A stretch of 64,000 nt of DNA from IMG/VR virus record IMGVR_UViG_3300020200_000009, positions 1-64,000 of that record. One strand, given 5' to 3'. The position numbers and the translations under genes were made by a program. This document shows, in pieces, positions 30,701-36,051 of the stretch (position 1 is its first letter; each line of letters opens with the position of its first letter). This DNA is from a virus. Under the pieces are notes generated by a model, which did not search any database, was not told the origin of the DNA, and saw only the letters and a program-made list of their open reading frames with translations.

Positions 30701-32928
30701 AGCAAGTTGTAGTCCAAGGAGCAACAACTAATACTGGATATGTTTATCAAACCAAAAATACAAATGATGATGGTGAAACATTTGTAAATATCATTGACAA
30801 AATTGGCACTATTTCAATTGGTGATACCATCTTAGGTATTACTAGTGGCACGACTGCTGAAATTGCTGCTATTTCTGACAGGATGTTGTTAAATGTCAAG
30901 TCTGGTGATTTCGCAGCAAATCAATGGTTGTTTGCAGAAAATGATGCAACGGAAGCATACATTACCGAATATGTAAATAAGAGCGGCACATTGACAGGGA
31001 ATACAGGAGGACGTATCACAATTGATGTTGAGACTATTCAGAATAGTTGGAATACTGGTGATGTAATTTATGGAAGTTTGACCGATTATATTCTTGATGT
31101 CAAAGGTATTTCTGGCACTCAACTTCAATTGAATCAGTATATTCACGGAACGAATGTTTATCAATTAGAGTTAGGAGTTGCAATTACGGATACTGGTGTT
31201 GCCGATACATTTAGACCTGGAGATGAAGTATATCTGCTTCAAGGAACTACGATTAAGAATCCTGGATTCAAAGCTACCGTGACAGAGTATATTAACGATA
31301 CTATCAATAATATCCATAGATTGTTTATCGCAAACTTGATTGATGTTGGAACAGGAGCACCTATTTCAGAAGTTGCTATCAGCTCAAATAATATTGGTAA
31401 AGTTGATATCGGGTCTAACTTCCCAACAGTTTACGCAAACACAATTTCTTACACTAATACTGGATATACTTCTTATGGTAAAGTTGTTGCAATTGAGCAA
31501 AGTGGGATTACTGCGAAAATCTGGGTAGAAAACGCAGTTGGTGACTTTGTTAATAACATGACTGTTAAGTCAGATTATGGATGGGGCGCAGGCGTATCCA
31601 AAGCAACTATTCTCCAAGGTAGAGTTGATAGATATTTCCGTGGATTTGATGGATCTCAAACAACATTTAGTCTGACTATTAATAATGGAGAAGCATACTT
31701 CCCAGATCCAGCAGGACATTTACTTGTATATGTAAATGCTGTTTTACAACCACCTGGTCCTACAAATGCTTATATTGCATTCTCTGATAAAATTCAATTT
31801 ACTGAAGCACCTGAAGTTGGGTCAGAATTTATTGGGTCTTACATAGGTAAACTTCGTCAACTAGATGATATTAGCTTTGAGTTTGATTCATTGCGCTCAT
31901 CGTTTAACTTAAAGCGTGGCGGTCTTTTCTACTCACTAACCTTAACCGAAGGGTCGTCTTCTGCTACTATTTTACCAGAAAATAATATTCTTGTATCTCT
32001 GAATGGAATTATTCAAGAACCAGGTGTTGCTTATAGATTAGTTGGGTCTAGAATTATTTTCTCAGAAGTGCCAAGATCTGGAGCATCGTTTGTAGGATTC
32101 TCATATATCGGTAGTGATGCTGATGTTATTGCTGCAGATGTGGTGCCACCTATTGAATCTGGAGACAAATTATTCATTGAAGGTGAAGAATTTGCTCGTG
32201 AAGTTGCTGTTATTGAGTCTTCTAACTCATTAGTAACATTTGAATATACTGGGTCGGTTAAAGGTAGAAATGCTGCTGCACTAGCACAAATTAAAGGTGG
32301 TCAACTAACAAGTGCAATTTTAACAAATCCTGGTAATGGATATACAACACGCCCCAACGTAGATATAATTTCATCCTCAGGTTTTGATGGAAGAATTAAA
32401 GCTCTGATGGGTATCACAAGAATTGATGTTAAAACTCCTGGAGTTGGATATAAGAATCCAGTTGTTGCTGTAGACACAACTGTCCCAGATGATTTTGTTT
32501 CTCCAACTGGCACTCCAATTAATGGTGGTATTGATATTTACAACCCCGATGAAAATGATGATATTATTGATAATCCTATTCCTCCTGGTTTTATCGCTAT
32601 CAATCAAAACCCTGTAAACGTAACTGTTAACCAAGGTCAAACTGCATTATTTACAGTTGCTGCTACGGTATCTAATAATCAAACTCTAAATTATCAATGG
32701 CAGAAGAAAGAATATGGTGCTGTAACTTGGTCTAATATTATTGGAGCAAACCAAGCAACATATATTACATTGAATGCTGCTCAATCTGATGATAATGATG
32801 AATTTAGAGTTGCAATTACTGCTGCTGGTGCTGCGCCAACTTATTCGTTGTCTGCAATTATTACTGTGCAGACAGGAGCAACAGTAATTAATAACTTTAA
32901 TCCATCAAATATTTTTGATGACATCTAA
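12751..32928 (+). CDS. gp7: Giant (6725 aa) baseplate wedge initiator gp7, multidomain
   Basis: N-terminal QLPEFIREE...FLFEYYKSQE and IKDYYISKGT...FKIMFG; IQDSFFYQNFSYVVKS...HAAG gp7 motif; lies between gp6 and gp8; contains YHYH-like, propeller-like, two LamG, CBM-like, phycobiliprotein-like and C-terminal Ig domains. Confidence 0.88.
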   Translation: MQKNIAVSDRVEFQLPEFIREEDRQFVHFLFEYYKSQEKTGRPYDILNNLLNYLDLNNYSSDILSSNTSLLKDIGIYDTKIEIENIDGFQPQDGSIMIDNEVIYYETLTRGPDAIITPGISFSQFNKKKQLLENPFSLFNGVRKNFPLLFLGTPVAPPSAEHLIVITYNSMKVPNVDYFIEGDEIRFAVAPRARTGADDSEFTQIIYLVGYADQTIITTDSIPYQEWEGTKSYPLRVNTQSYTPTSEIGLIIEKNNKLQIPYEDYTVFNQEVIFKFPIGAADKINIRSIEYIAPSFGSGAQAVVSVANDGSVSKIISTQGGKDYRLEFAPKVIIQSKDGGSGSTAKSLVSGIKNINLIDGGQGYSTYNPPIPVVVAPTDSNGSQAKLSLTVDDETGQVDSITIDNSGSGYDFIPAITFINPGGAKISNPTIDSEGRLTIGSIQLTSGGNNYTNAPLVYIDPAPPGGISAQAISKVDQDGQVYEISITNRGRGYTTPPRARIIDPIGAQVLDVTVSSGVVTNIEMLTGGSGYIDAPSVYIVDDRKDAYGVPIGGTGATAVATIFNGEITDINITNFGTGYSTQYPPKVFIATPKSARASVTVGFNEVTGFDILQNGKGYSPSAFLNCSRGVSGAVGYDQQHNEIYAGESVLRQSNHPAGSIVTNLDSLFIKEIFDKFRRQYLPTISIDYSSVNPVQIIKQIKDYYISKGTKLATQYLFKIMFGEEVDVYYPKDEIISPSAATWVVDTILRVELISGNSENLLDSELIQYADPVDLNIKPATALIENVISIIQGKDTIYELEISEETLAGSFVIPYKTTLVEPLTTTSEIITVDSTIGWPERNGTILIDDYEEVQYKEKSLNQFIECTRKKNISVGEDWDPGTTIFSNIFVYTNKGTDRECKLRILGIAEAGTTVLDDTGSYYLPGDKLKVANLGSTVVGEERLNSWLYNVKKLIKVDTVTSGGVNNQTATIKCKNPHGLLVSDQVTIYGANPVVYNGTFIVTSRIDDLTFSYQLTTPTTIVPQGNIILSVDLNRGKSDVTSINKIINEFTSNVQNTFFNKDYVYVAASGLPNYKIGPFTGSALIPGNQRKLLRFPRKVQTISERQSITPGTSIGAWINGVSIWSYKSREFVRFGPITSIDVLNGGDGYDAGNLPALEINGGNGTGAAAEVEINGKLVSFDVTNKGSGYTEQPLVSIVGGGGVGATAQAVVTGGKVTRILVEQPGSGYTSQPSVSITGGGGTGAVAVASVRGPVKSVKVTAFGSGYTSVPTIRLNSGEDALAQPIVINGRLVSIAIINSGKGYTTPPTLVINGDGFGAIAKAIIGTVGEDKGRVLSVEILNKGIGYTQGNTTIRLESVGENATFQANVFEWNKNLQSELSAKFDFASGYVFTGANNQFGGEYAHLSDPKQLRYVVGDNVFLNPVTQKFQELSANFKHSPILGWAYDGNPIYGPYGYIDPTDQNSGIRRLRTSYKLKTNIVFDAITNPTPARIDGPSLTTYPAGTFIDDYFYNFQSGDLDNYNGRFCKTPDFPDGVYAYFVTVDASDAGIAEFPYIVGPQYNSLPDGWNFGQGATQENIPMDVVRFRDPFTDVDIDVERQPNQTTSILTTEIEGYPIVFDIQDSNNDGLIDANEQQEVLELSEEATLQIFDYFPQVSVESRVDIEVESTTQFEDAIIDGFVIENPGVSYQVNDVVFFDNEGTGGFGASALIDSVKGQKLVSYTKEIIADKPYGVITTEIGHELKQNDEIIVDSTPVLDNTNKTFKVKVVAGIEKINIIQSGTGYNETIPPTFELLSETGQDGALELVLENTGQINKVNIINSGNAYDTANPPEIRVSHPQQFKKTRYWLTEYYEASGVVRVYHSVTTSQRFTYICGSITETDGDIAGFIAKFDDLGSKVWERNLLPQNAGQKRLEFVKMVVTEDTENDFIYLVGQSYNTGSTQYNPDVFLALYESGYNNANVPDGILKWQRSIAGISGSTRRDYVTSIALDQEKRIYICGYTDTNSPDPDDMWVIQCSIDGDIKEKRKIASEDASEKMYQIQMIKDDIFFFVGVNEDNDDLLFGQFEFDGANIEVDWINQIPVIGGQVQNPKFAFDEYGACVVVWDVFNSVTAKVEKIQVSKFLLETARSVWDWSKTVTLSTTFTSINNAGISVDIFGNYVVVSDVVTEQNEKFAIIHYLKYDGSILKETKVKDVTNIGFSAKHHTTDNSGDCIIVANRQQSNQLASFRFNTFGNLEFDFTKQKLATWSYVDQTNVTLDSTVFKYGTRSLKYLAGGKPAKLNNFNITPVEWSMRAWFSMKTTAWSTAHEPVFFEVVPATGSKIRFSIDGNSSSPNYQKVLVYVNSTLVASSVSQTSWTAFGGAAWVHITFQKRLESLGLYKYEVFVNGNLQLSYQSTTDIGLDDVVIGGPVTSPTTTNCFIGNIDDLVIDDIAPYFNSYTVPTAEIEITTRDSDVALIKFDRLHTNRDTFTFADLTKYKDFEFSDIESTTTWTDIVIPGFTTWELGPGGLQILDMSQVVSTFNPTTFNLTTKKYQYTSKTSTIPSPRGKRLLITSEVINKFYLKDASYQKIDNVMNIVLNQDVKFTKYALLQQFNSLGVVSAFGTIVEVPTGSLTQPGVGNTYKIGKVFGTFNTTDRLKTSVGDINHIEGEYFDTEEAESPWQPGKAYVVGNRVYSNKRIYASQTDGVSGTISPQHTAGTATDGNLNWALVGNAGIFTINLAEKPYPRPKYTDLDMPEWDAHKLYAVGQKVWWKLNVYTVATGGGGVSGTNPPVHSSGNASDGGVTWSHTSTNTPISSFARFLPYDQGNHYSVTIEEIHPGSNFIPGDVVTFNQSNLQLSTDRKVATILGFASVKKIRVTARLEKDIIPQTPTRTNLVYCTSSTPHFYKESDIIFSEGFQGTQFNGSFFVKDVIGSRDFIFAIRSTALTAPQFTSNAIANVNIYAKHPTLTFTRNHQYNFDLSDASNFGYYLSFSQDNQYKLEYSFNNIIREGTPGIAALGAAPFVKFLAIGALTNISYYFDPSRIGNTSPVGANSFIDVLETPFKGRFKINEVTNDFTFKFPLLIEPERSSAEVGADDQDNEYSYYSTTSVKAVGPINSIKLVSPGGFYKKLPIVKEIASFRRIEKIIIVSGGTEYAPGVYYDVPIFGDGEGAKCIVTVDFDDEVGSGTVVDIDISDPGKGYTFATVDIDAIPGILGPQLAGSGAVATVIIPEEGSGSSVFLTGKNIGKIKRLKNNEFGFGYSHDYTLKPEITFPVNLQLFNTSILSQIKVTNPGSGYTSAPAVVIEGGGGTGADALAIIKNNRLSEIQIKNPGSGYSSEPTITLKSEFNYVVNLDLNYLQFNFPHGITTGAPIQLRAEDVGTTVGELPKPSSAGLTTLVEGQIYYAITGDINSLEPAQLRFALTAQAAAAGDYITFLTQGSGRQVLLTEVFGGKAEAVVETSRFLAGETVFQGSTIEQATAIGKVSTNTGWQIGPKILKIVDYEGDWKIGEKVNGVISKASGVIDNLSMARGVLNIGSLTKTPGKFIDDVGKPSEIVQKIQDSFFYQNFSYVVKSDIPITRWKTQILRNNHAAGFLMFGQLQLSGGKDISGRRVATAFTKEVNINNYANINEITSFAAAEPIYTDYNNTEVLFRKKRLTSSEEILTSIVKKLDNIANLFNGIDKAFPLTIQGEQVVINTNQLLITLNGVIQSPGDAYQVVGGNIVFSEPPKPSSKVVYKTLGITPIPIYRIALYSAQVGATNYGIFPTLGQQVKGNNSNVIATVIDSGTNHIDVINLTGGSFQLNEEIVRGNLFSALVQTVTLLNTETIFRFEETVTNLSGNTAVINQVNVNNGQLTDRVVVSKTSGTAEYETGIFDIKLNDFIYSASSKIAGKVTYISPYVDPQTNQPVEELILNQGSTFYGLLFERLVSITNPNIILDDISKSSITPTELYDSDKRINSSFLSFEDVRSTEVEYTDLANGTLVDEEFVANKKVVYANPVSAYHGSATNRFKDASDMIKFNKQEIIDFAEAEIAVEFPDFYFPGDVITNPFSRYSDAYRMIQKNKNLIVGMAYDDMKTQYPSATIPNVNKCKRDLTYFVDALSIDVFRGGNVYTRKFTLQYFVNGTFTYVNAQELETRFAYEKALSWMKKAITNQLAGTITAVNSTDSWVGYQDLTITADPSPNDPYGTNGSNTSNTNIDVCSDVQDALETLWEIVDVALGDGDLTELPDEDLGTYSPNEIKCRRDIGLFIDAIADDVDRGGNYNIVKFTKKYFNTSGQPITNGLVNEEAQSVVAFEKARDLAYRAINNLLYYKILSPVSPNYNLNDPLSYGGTAPGHTYDANYSSGNNQDVANCADVKSYIATLTDIAVDAIVAGNLDNINALSSITDGTYEDGENVRSTKLAFKNKSTGLFTTGDQIKGVTSNAIFKAIGSNTGLKWIYAGPITGTFQVGEYITNSTLTNQGGVTQSVVVKKAELSGTKSLKFSGTSYLSAAESYDFNFGAVDNFTLEGWIRPSGITGTQHIFDLRRVVDSGLRVIMDNKKLRVYDGTTSLIISADVFNTANTWYHVSVVRTNNVLQAYVNGAQVGSNYADTNNYKYAPCYVGSSFQGTSAFTGYMDNVYVKKGESDHTGAFTPPTQIDYTDSNIVLGLDGEGPLIVSTTDTYATLTSVNVYSSTIKVVDYENLSFVIKDIDLGRKEYRDCAKIIGVNSAWIADEAVGRMKTQFPDFIMPGDDPGSNQYGGTNYCIRDTRDFIIPALVKDLETGGNYNTLYTARTYLTTSGKLQHIGNEILQTVYTWDEVSNIMIDVITTVSSDLTGAYSDRLRIPNNFASPASQAVQDEIRKLMDDMLEVIAPSPDRFRDSGVIIWKNRDYIADEVVGYIQNKYVQTLGGVAVDFLIIPGGDAACKKDIKTYIIPAIIADLATGGTYQTQTVIDNYLDSQKNILFVEDELNPMLDAFNRTKELCQYAINNLLLNPGETAAGLGVPTWVQDDYYEPQYTTKNAYRDTTITIDDEGYPQTNRVKNDRFIDATNLIKSNKELIAQEAVAIMNNLSKFGDLQIPGGHVNCEDDVKDVLDALIHDLLYDCNDRIYGAASLYIEPENNSLRHIESEWEASVTTFKIVRDIATLTMRNAFGRDYIPGTNRSTTAVESYEQNPKDTIFADCGNAIDGNIRYIAEQAVYDGQQQYPTLVIPGGSINCVHDVTDILEALVFNLKYGGDNWMQYATEYYVNYSGNLQHITSQSAQTIWILNRARDLAIKAIKDAPITNNSGSTNIQRYYDAAPNPTNQLRNSNQTTGVIITAFNNSVTRTFAAGTNNIENADNTSTGMDNSDDFVARCVTILPSTTPVNCVLFEGGSTAQGTWIGFRDNGTYLRLRAGTGTTAYSGGASYTSDTGLAMLDIPVSTLTTAGYMDGNQHELVWEVRVGGNIATGPGRVRLFIDGNLVGEASTPGVLNTGLGAAAGLWSNGNVGTFAATAAAVPNGEPTTAWPYQITGTMSYYRGRLVDPGYTGNEAAAVIADITTLMQKVTSGIQTPATVATRTYTLPIVWPVKFTPESVKRDLSITFDSAGGGSGATSTWNATCSEVASAINTLMEILIDTIENAANSNINYLSSITRTFKPTNNTIYQYGTCHDVVSAIDTLFTLMSETLGAGAENAKMVANMILFNQTAIATRALDKTTSYYGTTNLTIGFCNNVLKALRYDMITGGNGATFYLLQSWFDGEGNFIAFPTVTRSHLIYCITRLREYIKSAMYLLGSDPAWATYTTYDPPGRLEWYQEAAEFIIDSSLNPIEFALRNSKFPTEAKVTFQASAHAVNLKNTYNMGIDYNTDPALVTLLPLIEVGYERAEYRIRINRPNFFRRGDILQYVPASSTPLTGLQSNEYFYVINAEASWFEIGAHYIHDGRFRKFEVSTTNTGAQILQVVRRSGVVQKDPIFAVDPSDTPVLGGFNLSDIIYGVTSEASAEVGFVQKNLAKIFKTFNRYDLIDVSETLGVYDNFINGEQVVVQGATTNTGYVYQTKNTNDDGETFVNIIDKIGTISIGDTILGITSGTTAEIAAISDRMLLNVKSGDFAANQWLFAENDATEAYITEYVNKSGTLTGNTGGRITIDVETIQNSWNTGDVIYGSLTDYILDVKGISGTQLQLNQYIHGTNVYQLELGVAITDTGVADTFRPGDEVYLLQGTTIKNPGFKATVTEYINDTINNIHRLFIANLIDVGTGAPISEVAISSNNIGKVDIGSNFPTVYANTISYTNTGYTSYGKVVAIEQSGITAKIWVENAVGDFVNNMTVKSDYGWGAGVSKATILQGRVDRYFRGFDGSQTTFSLTINNGEAYFPDPAGHLLVYVNAVLQPPGPTNAYIAFSDKIQFTEAPEVGSEFIGSYIGKLRQLDDISFEFDSLRSSFNLKRGGLFYSLTLTEGSSSATILPENNILVSLNGIIQEPGVAYRLVGSRIIFSEVPRSGASFVGFSYIGSDADVIAADVVPPIESGDKLFIEGEEFAREVAVIESSNSLVTFEYTGSVKGRNAAALAQIKGGQLTSAILTNPGNGYTTRPNVDIISSSGFDGRIKALMGITRIDVKTPGVGYKNPVVAVDTTVPDDFVSPTGTPINGGIDIYNPDENDDIIDNPIPPGFIAINQNPVNVTVNQGQTALFTVAATVSNNQTLNYQWQKKEYGAVTWSNIIGANQATYITLNAAQSDDNDEFRVAITAAGAAPTYSLSAIITVQTGATVINNFNPSNIFDDI

Positions 32929-32931
32929 ATA
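32925..32931 (+). promoter_or_regulatory. Late promoter CTAAATA
   Basis: Overlaps the gp7 stop; upstream of the AAGGA RBS and ATG 32943. Confidence 0.6.
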
Positions 32932-32942
32932 AAAGGAAAAAC

Positions 32943-34544
32943 ATGCCTGCAAACGCCAGTTACAACAATGCTACAAAAAGACTTGCAGTGTCTGCGGATA
33001 ATCTTCCAGGACCTGTAAGTCGTGGCACATTTCCAAACCAGAATAATACAAATACTGTAACAGAGCAAGATTTTGATCATGAGTTTTTATATCGTGGTGG
33101 CACTTTTGGAGTTACACGTACATTTGATAGTAATGCTTGGACGCAAACTGGATTTATTAGAAGTATTACTCTATCTGTAGCAGATAATGCATTGTTTGGG
33201 GTTAATAATCAAATTAGAAGTGGAGACCATCTCTTCTTTGTTTTTAGTGATGGAATAAAAAGAAAATTTTTATTTACTGGCACTACATTTACATCGATTG
33301 CTGATAGGTGTTGGTTAGCTGCAGATAATAGACTTGATTTGATTATGACAAATCAAGCAGCGTCAACTGGCACATACACATACTATGACCAAAGAAATGG
33401 GCGATCGGCAACCCCACTTGGTGCTATTGGAATTGCAGCAAATGGAGTAGTATTATTCAATCCAAGTGCAGGGACTGCTGCAAATCCACCATTTGGATTT
33501 AATTGGAATACATACAGGCAGGATTCTACAACTCCTATTAATTTCGGTGAAGATACTTGTGGTGGACGACCAGATGTAACAGGTCAATACCACTACCAGG
33601 ATAGTTCTATTTTAACCTGTTGGCGAACCTCTGGAGCGATGTCTACTTATAATGATTATTATGGAAGCTCCCAATATAATGGTGATAATATTAGGCATCC
33701 AGATGGACATTCAAAAATTATAGGATTTTCATTTGATGGATTCCCCATATACGGACCATACGCATACAACAGTCCTTGGGATAATTTAAGTGGAGTCAAA
33801 TATTTGACTTCATCTTTTGAGATTAGAAATACTGAAGTTTCTGGAAGACCACAATATGGTGCTACACTTCAAAATCCTCCTGCTGGCTCATTAATGCAGG
33901 ATTGGCGATATGAAGAGGGTTTAGGTGACCTGGATATACATAACGGAAGATTTTGTATAACTCCAGAATATCAAGATGGCACGTATGCATATTTTATTTC
34001 TATTGATTCTAATGGAAAGCCTGCATTTCCATATATAATTGGCACGTCTACTAGGGAAACTATTGACCCACCGCCAGGAAATGGAGCAAGAGCTCCAGAG
34101 CTTCCGCCGCCTCCACCACCACCTGATTACGTCAGACCAACTCTTCAATTCACGTTACAACCACAAAATGCAACTGTAAATGCTAATCAATCTGTAACAT
34201 TTACTGTACAAGGTCAAGTGGTTACAAGCGAAGCAGCAACTTCAATTGGATATCAATGGTTTAGATCGACTGATGGCGGTTTTGCGTTTGCTGCTATTAC
34301 TGGAGCAACGAATAGCACATATACTATAACTGCTCTAGCATATATGACTGGGTATCGATACAGATGTCGTATTACTGGACCTTTAGGAGTGCCTACAAAT
34401 CGTACTGCATCAAATTCTCCCCTAGATTCAAATACAGCAGTCCTAACAGTCACTGGTGGTGGAGATGGTGGAAGTCTAAACAATAGATTTGATTCTTCAT
34501 CATCAAGATTTGACTCGACTTCACAAAGATTTGACGGCACCTAA
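32943..34544 (+). CDS. YHYH-domain virion protein with poly-Pro linker and Ig-like domain
   Basis: GAIGIAANGV, GQYHY, HSKIIGFSFDGFPIYGPY, DLDIHNGRF..TPEY..GTYAYF; Ig YQWFRS...YRCRI; C-terminal (RFDS)x3-like tail. Confidence 0.85.
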   Translation: MPANASYNNATKRLAVSADNLPGPVSRGTFPNQNNTNTVTEQDFDHEFLYRGGTFGVTRTFDSNAWTQTGFIRSITLSVADNALFGVNNQIRSGDHLFFVFSDGIKRKFLFTGTTFTSIADRCWLAADNRLDLIMTNQAASTGTYTYYDQRNGRSATPLGAIGIAANGVVLFNPSAGTAANPPFGFNWNTYRQDSTTPINFGEDTCGGRPDVTGQYHYQDSSILTCWRTSGAMSTYNDYYGSSQYNGDNIRHPDGHSKIIGFSFDGFPIYGPYAYNSPWDNLSGVKYLTSSFEIRNTEVSGRPQYGATLQNPPAGSLMQDWRYEEGLGDLDIHNGRFCITPEYQDGTYAYFISIDSNGKPAFPYIIGTSTRETIDPPPGNGARAPELPPPPPPPDYVRPTLQFTLQPQNATVNANQSVTFTVQGQVVTSEAATSIGYQWFRSTDGGFAFAAITGATNSTYTITALAYMTGYRYRCRITGPLGVPTNRTASNSPLDSNTAVLTVTGGGDGGSLNNRFDSSSSRFDSTSQRFDGT

Positions 34545-34547
34545 ATA
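34541..34547 (+). promoter_or_regulatory. Late promoter CTAAATA
   Basis: 22 nt upstream of ATG 34570. Confidence 0.65.
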
Positions 34548-34569
34548 ACACTGTAAAGAGTAACTATCA

Positions 34570-36048
34570 ATGGCTAAACAAAATATTAACATAGGTACAT
34601 CTGCCAATGATGGGACTGGAGACAGTCTTAGAGATGGCGCTATTAAAGTAAATAGCGTAATCAATGAAATTTATACCAATCTAGGCAATGATACTAATCT
34701 TTTAGTGAATGTTAATAATCCTGTAGATGGACAAGTGCTCAAGTGGAATGGCACAGTCTTTGCAGAAGGTCATTTTGATGCGTTAAGTGCAGATTTAAAT
34801 GTTAAAGGTTTTAGAATTATATCACAAACAAATGGTGATATAGTAATTAAGCCGCATGGCACAGGGGATATTAAATTTTGGGCAGGCAATACTGGTAGTG
34901 CATACACTTATATTGATGGTGCTGATGGTAAATTAAAATACACTAATGTGTATGATGATATAACTGATTTACCAAATGCAACTAGTCATCATGGAATGTT
35001 TGCTCATGTGCATGAAACAGAAAGAGCATATTATGCCCATGGCGGTTCTTGGACTCAACTAATTGATAATGGGTCATCAATTGGAGAATTATTCGATGTT
35101 GACATGACTGTTGGAGGTGGTCCTTCAGCAGGTCAAGTATTAAAATGGAATGGAGAATCCTGGGCCCCTGCTAATGATTTACTAGGAGAGGGGGGCGGCG
35201 GTGGTGGTGTCGTAAATCAATGGTTATCTATTTTTGCAGATAGTGGACAAACTACTGCCAGTGCACCTACAGATGTTTTAACAATTGCTGGTGGAACAAA
35301 TATATCAACTTCTATTAGTGGAGATACTCTTACTGTCGATTTCACTGGAGAATTGGGAGGTCCAACTCAAAATGCCTTTGGCACTATTGGGGCTGACAAT
35401 GGGAGTAATACTGCATCTACACCATCGGCAACAATCAATATTGTCGGTGGCACAGGTATTACTACAGCAATTAATGGTAGTAATTTAACTGTAACTAATA
35501 GTCAACCAAACATTGTCCAAGAAGTTTATAAAACTGTTGCTGGAGATACTGGGAATACCACAGCACAATTAGCAACTTCTACATTAACCATTGCTGGCGG
35601 TTTAGGTCTTACCACTGTAGCAACAACAAATACAATTACAGCAAATGCTCAGTTTTGGACTAATGGCACAATAGCAGAAAACAAAACTATTATTTTCGAT
35701 GCTGATGGTCAATCTGTAATTACACCTAGTCCAACACTTGGATGGACTATTACTGGCACTACTGGTGGAGGTTATAAATTTACTGGACCTGGAGTTTCAA
35801 GTGACACTTCCAATCCGACAATTTATGTGTATAGAGGATTTACCTATAGATTTAATAATCAATCTGGAGTAGCGCACCCATTTGCACTACGTCAAAGTAG
35901 TGGAGGAAGTTCTGTTACTACTGGAGTAACTGGGTCACTCAATGGTGTGCAATTTTGGACTGTGCCTATGTCTCTTGCTGCTGGCACGACATATGTCTAT
36001 CAATGCACCCAACACCCAGGCATGATAGGAAACCTCGTGGTCGTATAA
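34570..36048 (+). CDS. gp9/gp10-like baseplate-fibre connector with a C-terminal cupredoxin-like domain
   Basis: MAKQNINIGTSANDGTGDSLRDGAIKVN = gp9/gp10 N-terminus; C-terminal HPF...YQCTQHPGMIG. Confidence 0.8.
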   Translation: MAKQNINIGTSANDGTGDSLRDGAIKVNSVINEIYTNLGNDTNLLVNVNNPVDGQVLKWNGTVFAEGHFDALSADLNVKGFRIISQTNGDIVIKPHGTGDIKFWAGNTGSAYTYIDGADGKLKYTNVYDDITDLPNATSHHGMFAHVHETERAYYAHGGSWTQLIDNGSSIGELFDVDMTVGGGPSAGQVLKWNGESWAPANDLLGEGGGGGGVVNQWLSIFADSGQTTASAPTDVLTIAGGTNISTSISGDTLTVDFTGELGGPTQNAFGTIGADNGSNTASTPSATINIVGGTGITTAINGSNLTVTNSQPNIVQEVYKTVAGDTGNTTAQLATSTLTIAGGLGLTTVATTNTITANAQFWTNGTIAENKTIIFDADGQSVITPSPTLGWTITGTTGGGYKFTGPGVSSDTSNPTIYVYRGFTYRFNNQSGVAHPFALRQSSGGSSVTTGVTGSLNGVQFWTVPMSLAAGTTYVYQCTQHPGMIGNLVVV

Positions 36049-36051
36049 TAA

